Below the pieces are notes generated by a model. It ran no database searches. It had not been told where the DNA came from and saw only the letters and a list, made by a program, of their open reading frames with translations. Position numbers and translations under genes: made by a program. From Candidatus Latescibacterota bacterium (GTDB lineage: Bacteria > Latescibacterota > UBA2968 > GCA-2709665), in the NCBI GenBank assembly GCA_963662665.2, contig CAXXJS010000061.1:128001-192000 (forward strand): a stretch of DNA of 64,000 nucleotides, given 5' to 3'. Numbering within the stretch: position 1 is the stretch's first letter; every line of letters starts with the position of its first letter. Shown one piece after another: positions 39,279 to 47,447 of this stretch.

Positions 39279-39449
39279 TGCGGGTGCGGTTGGCTCAGAC
39301 ACTCCCGTTGACGACGCCCGCCTGTTGACCTGCACGCATCGCGACACCGACCGGCGCGCCACCCTCTTCCAGAAATAGATCGAAGAAATTCCAGGGGTCG
39401 AAATCGTCCTTGACAGCGAAATTGTATTCGACGATGTTTATAGCAAAGA

Positions 39450-39458
39450 TGATATAAT
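39450..39458 (+). promoter_or_regulatory. Extended -10 promoter
   Basis: TGATATAAT, then a GGAGG RBS and the GTG at 39473; a TTGACA hexamer further upstream. Confidence 0.5.
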
Positions 39459-39472
39459 CATTGGAGGTATTC

Positions 39473-39724
39473 GTGCCGTTCGATTGGTTGCAAATCAGGC
39501 AGTTTCGAAAAACCGTGGGGATAACCCAGCAGAACCTGGGAGACATTCTGGATGTTCCGCAGTCCACGGTCGCCCGTTGGGAGACCGGCAGGATTTCGCC
39601 CAACGCGGAACATATCGGTCTCCTATGCGACCTTGGGAGAGTTCAGTCCATCGGACCGGACTTCTTCTTTCCAGCTTATTCCAGGCTTGAGCTGCCAGGC
39701 AATCTATCAGAAAGAGGAGGATGA
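39473..39724 (+). CDS. XRE-family HTH transcriptional regulator
   Basis: IRQFRKTVGITQQNLGDILDVPQSTVARWETG. Confidence 0.85.
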   Translation: MPFDWLQIRQFRKTVGITQQNLGDILDVPQSTVARWETGRISPNAEHIGLLCDLGRVQSIGPDFFFPAYSRLELPGNLSERGG

Positions 39725-39728
39725 ACTT

Positions 39729-40064
39729 ATGACGCCCGCTACGTTTACCGATGCGACCTTCGAAACGGAAGTTATTTCTTCAGACCGGCCCGTCCTCGTC
39801 GATATTGGCGCCAACTGGTGCGGCCCCTGCCGGCTTATCGATCCGATCGTGAAGGACCTCGCCGCGGAATATGCCGGGCGTCTGAAAGTCGGAAAGATGG
39901 ATTTCGACACCTCCCATACATCGGCGGTCCGGTACGGCATTCAAAGCCTGCCAACCCTTCTGCTCTTCAAGAGTGGACACGTAATGGACCGCCTCGTCGG
40001 CGCCGTCCCCAGGCAACGGATTGTGGATTCCATCGAGGAAGTCCTCAGGGGCCGAGGCGAATGA
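39729..40064 (+). CDS. trxA: Thioredoxin
   Basis: PVLVDIGANWCGPCRLI, YGIQSLPTLLLFK; GAGGAGG RBS. Confidence 0.92.
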   Translation: MTPATFTDATFETEVISSDRPVLVDIGANWCGPCRLIDPIVKDLAAEYAGRLKVGKMDFDTSHTSAVRYGIQSLPTLLLFKSGHVMDRLVGAVPRQRIVDSIEEVLRGRGE

Positions 40065-40404
40065 ACGGGACTCCGCTGTGATCACATATGTAACGGATAC
40101 ATCGACGTGGGAAGACTGGCAGCGCGTCTACCGGCTCCTTCCTGTGCGACCGGTTGGACTATATGGTTCCCGACGGGAACTTCCAGTTCAACAGGCGGAT
40201 GACGTTCCCGCTTGGTGATTCGGTGTAAAAATCCTAACTTGCCACCGAGGGTGCGACTCTCGACGGCACGACAGGTGTTGCCCAACCTGATTTGTCAGAT
40301 TTTACCGGATCTGGCTTTTGAGTTTATATCCTGTCCGTCCTGTTCATCCATGTAAGTTTTCGCTTTGTGAATAAACCGGTTTTACACTCAGCAAGGACAA
40401 GCTC

Positions 40405-41481
40405 GTGAAGATCGAGAACATCGAAGTCATCCAGATCGAGACGCCGCGCTTCTACGGGCAGATTTCCGGTCATGTGCTGATCCGGATGCACGTAGACGAC
40501 GGTCCCTTCGGCCTCGGCGAGGCGTCGGACAGCCGGTGCGCCGACGTGTCCGCCCTGGCGCGGCAACTCAACGAGCAGTTGAAGGGCCGCGACGCCCGCC
40601 GCATCGTTGAGATCAACGACTTCGCCCGCGCACGGAACTGGAACAGCACGGTCACAAACCAGCACGTGGCCAGTGCGATCGACCTCGCGCTCTACGACCT
40701 CAACGGCAAGGTCCAGGGGGTACCTGTCTACCAGATGCTCGGAGGCAAGGTGCGCGAAACGCTCTACTGCTGCTATCCGATTTTCGGATGGCAGGTGACG
40801 GAGGATTTCGAGCGCGCCGGATCCTACCTGCAGCGCCTGGTGGATCTCGGCCACCATCTGTTTCGCTACTACGTCTCCGGCGACGTGGACCTCGACGATC
40901 GCTTTCTGACGGAGATGAAGTCCAGGCACGGCGAACGTATCAGGCTCAAGTCCATCGACTTCTCGGGCCGCTTCCGCGACTGGCAGGAGGCGCTGCGCTA
41001 CGGCGACAGGCTGAGGCGCCACGACCCGTTTCACTTCGAGCAGCCGACGTATGAGATGCGGTCCAGTGCGCAGTTCACGCAGCGCGTCGACCTGCCGGTC
41101 ACCTGGCATATCGGCTCTCTGCAGCAGGCTTTGGAGGCGGCCGAGCGCGGCGCCTGCACGGCCTTCAACGTGGCCTGCGTGTCCGGCGGGCCGACTCACG
41201 TCAAGCGAATCCTGGCGGTGGGGGAGGCCGCCGGCATGCCCTGCCTGATCGGCACCGACCAGGAGTCCACACTGGGCATGAGCGCCCAGGTGGCGGTGGG
41301 CATCACGTCGCCACAGGTCCAATTGCCGTGCGATCCCATGGGACCGCTGCTCTACACGGCGTCGCCGGCCAGGGAGCGCGTACGTGCCGAAGGCAGCTAC
41401 CTGACCCCGCTCGAGGGCCCCGGTCTGGGCGTGGAACTGGATGAAGACAAACTTGCAGCACTAACCGTAGAGAGGGCTTGA
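40405..41481 (+). CDS. Mandelate racemase/muconate lactonizing enzyme (enolase superfamily)
   Basis: GLGE, SAIDLALYDLNGK..GVPVYQMLGGKVR, FEQP, GPGLGVELDED. Confidence 0.92.
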   Translation: MKIENIEVIQIETPRFYGQISGHVLIRMHVDDGPFGLGEASDSRCADVSALARQLNEQLKGRDARRIVEINDFARARNWNSTVTNQHVASAIDLALYDLNGKVQGVPVYQMLGGKVRETLYCCYPIFGWQVTEDFERAGSYLQRLVDLGHHLFRYYVSGDVDLDDRFLTEMKSRHGERIRLKSIDFSGRFRDWQEALRYGDRLRRHDPFHFEQPTYEMRSSAQFTQRVDLPVTWHIGSLQQALEAAERGACTAFNVACVSGGPTHVKRILAVGEAAGMPCLIGTDQESTLGMSAQVAVGITSPQVQLPCDPMGPLLYTASPARERVRAEGSYLTPLEGPGLGVELDEDKLAALTVERA

Positions 41482-41484
41482 GCG

Positions 41485-42252
41485 ATGGAGGATCACCTGA
41501 AGATCAGCGAAGACCAGATCGCGCACTTTGAACGAAACGGGTTCTTCCTCATTCCGAACCCCCTTGGGGCGAAGGGTGTGCGGGAGGTCGACAACCGGCA
41601 GCAGGAAGTGGAACCGGAGTGGGCGCGCGCTGAGTTCCCCGCGGGGTGTAACCGGTTCGCATGCCTGTTTCTGATGCTCGGTGAACCTGTGCTGCAAATG
41701 GTGGAACGCCCCGATCTGATCAAAGCCGCACGGCGGATCCTGGGCGTTGAGAAAGTGCACGTGGGTGCGTGCGGTATCGGCGACGCCTCGAAAGTGCAAC
41801 GGGGCGGTCCCCGTCAGGTCGAGTGGCACGCGGACGGCAGTCCGGAAGTCCGGCAGGTGTCCTTCCGCACCGCCCTGGACCGTCACGACGCCAGCAACGG
41901 ACCGCTGCGGGTGCTGCCCGGCAGCCAGCACCGGCCGCCGGAGGAGGTCAAGGCGGAACTGCTGCAACTCGAACTGGCCACCGGGACCCACGACGAGATG
42001 CCCGCGCAGTTCTTCGCCCGCCATCCCCAGGAGGTGGAGGTCATCCTCGACCCACGGTGGACCCTGGTGTGGACGCCCTCCTGCTGGCACGCCACCGGGT
42101 TGAAGACGGCCGCCGGACCGCGGCGCGCCATGGGCTGGAACTACTACCCGGCGAGCGGCCGCAACCGCGATCTGGAGGCGCTCAAACACGTCCATCCCGA
42201 CTGGCCGGACTGGACGGAGACGCGCCAGCGTCTCTGGGGCCTCGTCGACTGA
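41485..42252 (+). CDS. Phytanoyl-CoA dioxygenase (PhyH) family Fe/2OG enzyme
   Basis: FERNGF, WHAD, NGPLRVLPGSQH, WHA. Confidence 0.88.
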   Translation: MEDHLKISEDQIAHFERNGFFLIPNPLGAKGVREVDNRQQEVEPEWARAEFPAGCNRFACLFLMLGEPVLQMVERPDLIKAARRILGVEKVHVGACGIGDASKVQRGGPRQVEWHADGSPEVRQVSFRTALDRHDASNGPLRVLPGSQHRPPEEVKAELLQLELATGTHDEMPAQFFARHPQEVEVILDPRWTLVWTPSCWHATGLKTAAGPRRAMGWNYYPASGRNRDLEALKHVHPDWPDWTETRQRLWGLVD

Positions 42253-42264
42253 CGGTCGTGCCCT

Positions 42265-42747
42265 ATGCTGATTTATATCAACGGTTCGATCAATTCCGGC
42301 AAATCGACCGTCGGTCGCCTGCTGGCGGAAAACCTGTCCGGGACCGTCCACATCGAGGTCGACGAACTGCGGCACTTCGCCCGCTGTCTGAGTCTGGCGG
42401 ATGCGTGCCCTTACTGCGTCGAGGATGCGGCAACTTTGGCGCGGGCATGGCTATCGCGCGGGTTTAACGTTGTGGTTACGTGGCCGATTTCACATCGCGA
42501 CTACGCGGTCTTCGAGCGTGAAGCGGCAGTCGCCGGCGTTTCCATACACGCGTTTACGCTCCGGCCGCCCCTCGAAGTAGCCACTTCCGATCGCGGCGGC
42601 CGGCAACTGACCGAACGGGAACGGTCCCGCATCAGGGAGCAATACCGAATGCCCCATATCGATCCGGGAATCGGAACGGTGATCGACAACAGCCTTCAGA
42701 CGCCGGCCGAGACTCTTGCGGCCATCAACTCCGTGCTGGGAATATAA
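42265..42747 (+). CDS. P-loop nucleotide kinase-like protein (AAA_33/TmrB-like)
   Basis: INGSINSGKSTV Walker A, IDNS. Confidence 0.8.
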   Translation: MLIYINGSINSGKSTVGRLLAENLSGTVHIEVDELRHFARCLSLADACPYCVEDAATLARAWLSRGFNVVVTWPISHRDYAVFEREAAVAGVSIHAFTLRPPLEVATSDRGGRQLTERERSRIREQYRMPHIDPGIGTVIDNSLQTPAETLAAINSVLGI

Positions 42748-42799
42748 AGCCAATGTTCAAAGTACCAGATAGTTCTGCTCAGACCGCCGCCCTGGACAA

Positions 42800-43258
42800 A
42801 TGAAAAAGCCTCCCGTCCATAAGGCGTTCGCGCTGATTATCAGGCATGACGCGGATGAGAGATGCGAGTTGCTGGTCCTTGAGCTCAAATCCGTCGGTTA
42901 CGAATTCTATCGTCTCCCGGGTGGAAATATCGAAGGCGATGAAACGCCGCTCGAGGCCGCGCGGCGCGAGACCCTCGAAGAGTCGGGCATCGAGAATCTG
43001 CAGTTCGTCCGCAAGATCGGGACAACCCGATACTTCAAACCCTACATCCAGTCGGACGTGGAACGGACGGACTTCCTGTTCAAACCCGATTCTAATTTGC
43101 CTGACGAATGGGAGCACATTGGAACCGTGGGCCCTGAAGCAGGTGTTGTATTTGCATATTCATGGATCTCCGCCGATTTCATTCCAAGAGTGGATCCGGA
43201 ACTGCGGACCTTCCTGACGCGGGATCGCGTTCCGGAACTGTTCCCGGAGCAGCCGTAG
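42800..43258 (+). CDS. NUDIX hydrolase
   Basis: PGGNIEGDETPLEAARRETLEESG. Confidence 0.9.
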   Translation: MKKPPVHKAFALIIRHDADERCELLVLELKSVGYEFYRLPGGNIEGDETPLEAARRETLEESGIENLQFVRKIGTTRYFKPYIQSDVERTDFLFKPDSNLPDEWEHIGTVGPEAGVVFAYSWISADFIPRVDPELRTFLTRDRVPELFPEQP

Positions 43259-43306
43259 CCTGGTCTGGCGCGCGTATCGCTGACAGACATCGCCAGGCTC
43301 ATAGCG

Positions 43307-43493
43307 CCCCCTCCCCCTTTTCTTAAGGTGAGGGGCCGGAGGGAGAGGTCTCGAAAAAGCGGGGAGAGGGTAGAGGTGAGTCGGTAGAAGATATCCTTGC
43401 TCGATAGGTTATTCCTCGTCACCTCCGGCACGAGCAGAATCCTCACATGGCAGGTAATCTCTCCCCGCTTCCGTCTCACGTGACTCACCCGGT
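43307..43493. repeat. Family C hairpin plus ~150-bp fold-back element D, copy 1
   Basis: 43341-43493 is colinear with 44322-44471; AAGCGGGGAGAG/CTCTCCCCGCTT 12-bp arms. Confidence 0.75.
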
Positions 43494-43534
43494 GGCCGAT
43501 GGGTGGTCTTCTTTTGCTTCCATTCCTGATTTTC

Positions 43535-44230
43535 ATGCCTATGTCCAGCGAATTTGATTTCGGGGGAGCCGTTCCCGCCTGGGGCCGAAGCGCTACTGAA
43601 TACGAGGCTTTTTTCGCGTTGTCCGACGTCCCGTCATCCGCGCGCGTCCTGAATTGCGGCGGCGGGTGTTCGTCATTCGCGGCCGAATGGGGCGGGAAGG
43701 GGCGACTCGTTGTCGCCGTCGATCCCGTGTACAGTTCGTCCGGCAGGGACCTGGAGTCCGCTTTCAAAGTCACAGCCGCACGAATGCTCGCCGGGTTGAA
43801 AAAGACGCGCGAACGGTTTCTCTGGGACCGCTATGACAGCCCCGAAACGTGCCTCCACGTGCGCCGTGACATCCTCGCAACCTTCCTCCCCGACTTCCGG
43901 TCCGGAACCGCGAGCGGCCGTTACGTTGCGGGAAAACTGCCTGACCTTCCCTTCAGGTCGAAATCCTTCGATCTGGTCCTGTGTTCCCATCTGCTGTTTC
44001 TGTACTCCGCGGAATTCAACCTTGAAATGCATCTCTCCTGCCTTCGGGAACTGCTTCGAGTGGGGCGAGAGGTCCGGGTATTTCCGTTGATGGACATGGC
44101 GGGTAAATCATCGAGGCATCTGGACCGCACTATACGATCCATGCAGAATTGCGCAGACGTCGAGGTGGTAGCGGTCCCATTCGAGTTCCGGCGCGGCGAC
44201 ACCGACATGCTGCGGATAGCCCAAAGCTGA
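43535..44230 (+). CDS. SAM-dependent methyltransferase-like protein
   Basis: WGRSATEYEAFF, VLNCGGGCSSF, VAVDP, LPF..FDLVLCSHLLFLYS, EVRVFPL. Confidence 0.85.
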   Translation: MPMSSEFDFGGAVPAWGRSATEYEAFFALSDVPSSARVLNCGGGCSSFAAEWGGKGRLVVAVDPVYSSSGRDLESAFKVTAARMLAGLKKTRERFLWDRYDSPETCLHVRRDILATFLPDFRSGTASGRYVAGKLPDLPFRSKSFDLVLCSHLLFLYSAEFNLEMHLSCLRELLRVGREVRVFPLMDMAGKSSRHLDRTIRSMQNCADVEVVAVPFEFRRGDTDMLRIAQS

Positions 44231-44267
44231 CCGCTCCGCTCTGCGCGTGACCGGACTTCCTGGCTTC

Positions 44268-44471
44268 CTCCCCCTCTCCCTGTGGGAGAGGGGGTTGGGG
44301 GGTGAGGGCCTTGGGGCTGGGGGGAGAGGTCGCGAAAAGGCGGTAAGAAGGTAGAGGGAAGCCGGTAGAAGAAATCCCTGCCCGCTATTTTATTCCTTCT
44401 TGCCTCCGGCACGAAACGAAACCTCACAGTGCAGGAAATCTCTACCCTCTCCCGTCTTGCGTCTTCCCGGT
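44268..44471. repeat. Family C hairpin plus fold-back element D, copy 2
   Basis: CCCCCTCTCCC-TGT-GGGAGAGGGGG, then element D in the same orientation as copy 1. Confidence 0.75.
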
Positions 44472-44638
44472 TTTAAGGACCCCGCCGGAGGCAGGGAATA
44501 TGGGGAGAAGTGGATGTTGCATTTGATTTTCGACTTTGGTTCAAGCTGACGGCTGACCACTGTTAGCTAAGTCTGAGCGCCGGGGCGCGAGGTCGCCGGA
44601 GTGAGGACATCTTGCCGTTGTTGCGTTTGCCTCGTATA

Positions 44639-44666
44639 TAACGTTTATCGTTTAACGAATATCGTT
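44639..44666. repeat. Two 14-bp palindromic units (TAACG-N5-CGTT)
   Basis: TAACGTTTATCGTT TAACGAATATCGTT. Confidence 0.75.
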
Positions 44667-44820
44667 ATAATCTCGCGCGGCACTGTTCGCCAGGTCTTCG
44701 GAGTCGCGACGATAGACCTGCCCGTCCTGCCGTCGAGTGCACTTTTCGAATTGCCACGGATTTCATCTTTGTTCGTCTCCGCCGGATATGGCTTTCGACG
44801 AATCGTGTTTTTGCGATGTC

Positions 44821-44960
44821 TAACGTATATCGTTTAATGGATAACATTAAACGATATACGTTAAATGAATTCCGTTTAATGAAAAACATTTAACGTTTAA
44901 AATTTAATACTTTCTATTAAACGGAACTCATTTAACACTTGTCATTTAACGAAAAACGTT
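44821..44960. repeat. Tandem array of ten 14-bp palindromic units WAAYG-N5-CRTT, AT-rich
   Basis: Units start every 14 bp from 44821 to 44947 with no indel; followed by the perfect palindrome ATATAATATTATAT (44961-44974). Confidence 0.88.
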
Positions 44961-44986
44961 ATATAATATTATATGGCGTCGGTCCC

Positions 44987-45025
44987 GCCGGCTCCGCCTG
45001 TGATGTTGAGATCGCATTTGATCGA
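44987..45025 (+). pseudogene. Possible 3' remnant of a higB (plasmid-killer type) toxin gene
   Basis: GSACDVEIAFDR resembles the GxAYDVEIVDYH C-terminus, directly upstream of higA. Confidence 0.45.
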
Positions 45026-45040
45026 TCCGGAGAAATAACC

Positions 45041-45346
45041 ATGTCCACTGGAGAAACGGTTCCCGTTCATCCCGGGAGAATATTGCAGGAACAGTTTCTC
45101 GAGCCGATGGATCTCAGCCAGAATCAATTGGCGCTGTCCATCGGGGTGCCGCCGCGGCGCATCAACGAAATCGTCCTTGGCAAACGCGGCATCACGGCCG
45201 ATACGGCGCTGAGACTCGCCCGGTACTTCTACACCTCCCCCCGATTCTGGATGAACATCCAGACGAACTACGAACTGGACGTGGCCGAGGAGACCCTTGC
45301 GGACCGGCTGGACAGGGAAGTGCGTCCGCATATTCGCGGCGGTTAG
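45041..45346 (+). CDS. higA: HigA/VapI family addiction-module antitoxin (orphan)
   Basis: PVHPGRIL..FLEP..LSQNQLA...RRINEIVLGKRGITADTALRLARYF.TSPRFWMNIQ. Confidence 0.93.
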   Translation: MSTGETVPVHPGRILQEQFLEPMDLSQNQLALSIGVPPRRINEIVLGKRGITADTALRLARYFYTSPRFWMNIQTNYELDVAEETLADRLDREVRPHIRGG

Positions 45347-45423
45347 ACCGCGGTTACCAATTGTCACATCTGATATCGGGACGAAACTTTCGCAGGATTG
45401 GACTCAAGAATGTCCGGACTTCG

Positions 45424-45634
45424 CGACGGGACGGCGTCGAATACCTACCACGGCTATGAGGGAGCGGCATACGATCTGCGCCGCCATCATCTGGCCTGGC
45501 GCCTGGACTGGGTCCTGTTTCGCGGACCGGGTCTGTAGGTCGACGTGGAAAAGTCCGACATCGTCCGAAGCCACCGGGGTCCGCTCTACCCCAGCGACCA
45601 CTATCCGGTCGTTTCGGACTTGAACTGGAAGTGA
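45424..45634 (+). pseudogene. 3' fragment of an endonuclease/exonuclease/phosphatase family gene
   Basis: NTYHGY...WRLDWVLFR..*..LYPSDHYPVVSDL; internal TAG, 5' part missing. Confidence 0.7.
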
Positions 45635-45995
45635 CGGGAGGCGGCTGGTCAAGTGATGTTCGAAGGGTATACACCCAATAAAACTGAACTCTCCCCCAGG
45701 GTATTCGATAACAAGCAATCATGTAACGCGTTTCTTGCAAAGGATTTAGAAAAGGAGGTGGGGGAGCTGAAATCATGAACTATCACGTTGAATCTCAACG
45801 CCAATACTCCGTTCGTCCGAATCCGAACGAGGGGCAAAGTCATCCATTTCGATGAAGCAAGCCGGATTCGCGCGCTCGATGGTTGTAAACCGAACCGTGC
45901 AGTTCGTTTTGCAGGATTTCTCGTATCGTCAACACAAAAACGGAAATACGTCATACGTTTCAAGTACGAAATGCCACAAATCGATTGGGGGGAAC

Positions 45996-46466
45996 ATGTC
46001 TGCGAATGAGATCGTATATAAGGAGAATCCGAGCGGCGTCAATTGGCAGGCCCTTGCCGAAGTCTATCGGCGCATTCCTCTGGGGAAGCTGGATTCCGGA
46101 AAACTCCGTCGCGCGTATACCAACAGTGAGATCTGTTGTTTCGCCTTCAGTGGTGAGGCGCTTGTGGGGGGTGGAAGGGTGATTTCGGACGACGAAGCGC
46201 CCGCGACCGTCTGCGAGCTGGTTGTAGCCCCGGAATACCAGCGCCGGGGCATCGGAAGGGCTATCTTGAAATCGATCCTCAGGAAACTCGACGTTCCCAG
46301 GGTGATCCTGGCGTGTATGCATGGTCAGCAGGAATTTTTCAGAAAAGAAGGATTTCTCGGGCACAAGTCGGTAATGGCGCTGTACGCCAATTCGCAATGG
46401 TTCGTGGACAGCGGCAATCTGGAATCGAAAGATTCCGCCAATGCAGCTGCGGCATATTCTGATTGA
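45996..46466 (+). CDS. GNAT N-acetyltransferase
   Basis: LVGGGRVISD, LVVAPEYQRRGIGRAIL, FFRKEGF. Confidence 0.88.
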   Translation: MSANEIVYKENPSGVNWQALAEVYRRIPLGKLDSGKLRRAYTNSEICCFAFSGEALVGGGRVISDDEAPATVCELVVAPEYQRRGIGRAILKSILRKLDVPRVILACMHGQQEFFRKEGFLGHKSVMALYANSQWFVDSGNLESKDSANAAAAYSD

Positions 46467-46512
46467 CGCGTCGTCGATTCGTGACATTCAACCCGGGCCG
46501 AACATCGAGCCT

Positions 46513-47154
46513 ATGGAAATGGTACGATCCAGGTTCCGCGTCGGGGATGCCATTCTTTACCGCGAACTCGACGAGTACGGCCGGCTTATCGACTTGAAGC
46601 CCGTCACCGTGGTCGAGGATACCGACGCCCGGACTGTGCTATGGCTTCCGTTAGGGACGCCGACCAAAAAGCCTGAAGCATCTCTCGACATTCGGGGCAA
46701 GCCGCGGGACTGGATGAACACCAACTGGAAATTGTCGGATGCGATCTGGCGGTGGGCGGACCTTCTGATCATCGTCCGGTCCGGCGAAAACCGCGCAACG
46801 TGGGTGCGGCGGTCTGCCGATGGCGTGTTTCAGGGCTGGTACGTCAATCTTCAGAGCAAGTTGATACGCACGCGGCTGGGCTTCGATTACCGGGATTACC
46901 AGCTGGATATCGTCGTAGAACCGGACCGAAGCTGGTCCTGGAAGGACCGCAACGAACTCGATCTCGCGGTCAGCCAGGGTCGAATATCACCAAAAGAGGC
47001 AAGGGCGGTGTGCAACGAAGGAAGACGCGCCATCGAAGAAATCGAGGGTCCCCGCGGGGTGTATATCGAGGGGTGGGAGAACTGGCGTCCGGATGCAACG
47101 CTGCCGCGACCGCACATGCTAGCGGATTGGGACGACCTGTCTATGTACGGTTAG
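46513..47154 (+). CDS. DUF402 (FomD-like) family protein
   Basis: PVTVVEDT, GWYVNLQ, DYQLDIVVEPD..WKD..EL. Confidence 0.8.
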   Translation: MEMVRSRFRVGDAILYRELDEYGRLIDLKPVTVVEDTDARTVLWLPLGTPTKKPEASLDIRGKPRDWMNTNWKLSDAIWRWADLLIIVRSGENRATWVRRSADGVFQGWYVNLQSKLIRTRLGFDYRDYQLDIVVEPDRSWSWKDRNELDLAVSQGRISPKEARAVCNEGRRAIEEIEGPRGVYIEGWENWRPDATLPRPHMLADWDDLSMYG

Positions 47155-47178
47155 ACCGGGTCTCGGAAGCAGCCTTGC

Positions 47179-47357
47179 GACGTCTTTTCAGTTCACGTCC
47201 AGTGACCTGGTGTATCCTGGTAATCAGCCGTCAAATCACCCTTATCCACTTGCCTATATTCGATTTTAGTCCCGGAAAAATAACGAATCAAGGTTAAATC
47301 GCCTTTATCTACTTGCATATATTCGGTCTTACTTCCCCGAAGCATTACGAATCAGGG
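47179..47357. mobile_element. MITE family A, copy 4: left-truncated, with two right ends in tandem
   Basis: First end CGAATCAAGG at 47293 is followed by TTAAATCGCC..., the element's own internal sequence; second end CGAATCAGGG at 47357. Confidence 0.8.
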
Positions 47358-47447
47358 TCAGGCCACGCAAATGGAAACTTCCGGGACTCCCGGGGCGTTA
47401 AAGTACGAGTTGGGAGTGTCATGAAAAACCGGAATCAGGAGACCAAA

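Noticed and set aside
44821-44960. CRISPR array or minisatellite interpretation of the 14-bp array
   Set aside because: The constant part is only ~9 bp and the variable part 5 bp, far below CRISPR sizes, and no cas genes are present. The unit cores are all different, unlike slippage-derived satellites.
45752-45855. Strong SD (AAGGAGGTG) with a 26-aa ORF MNYHVESQRQYSVRPNPNEGQSHPFR
   Set aside because: The SD-to-ATG spacing is about 14 nt and the peptide has no recognisable features; it cannot be supported as a gene or leader peptide.
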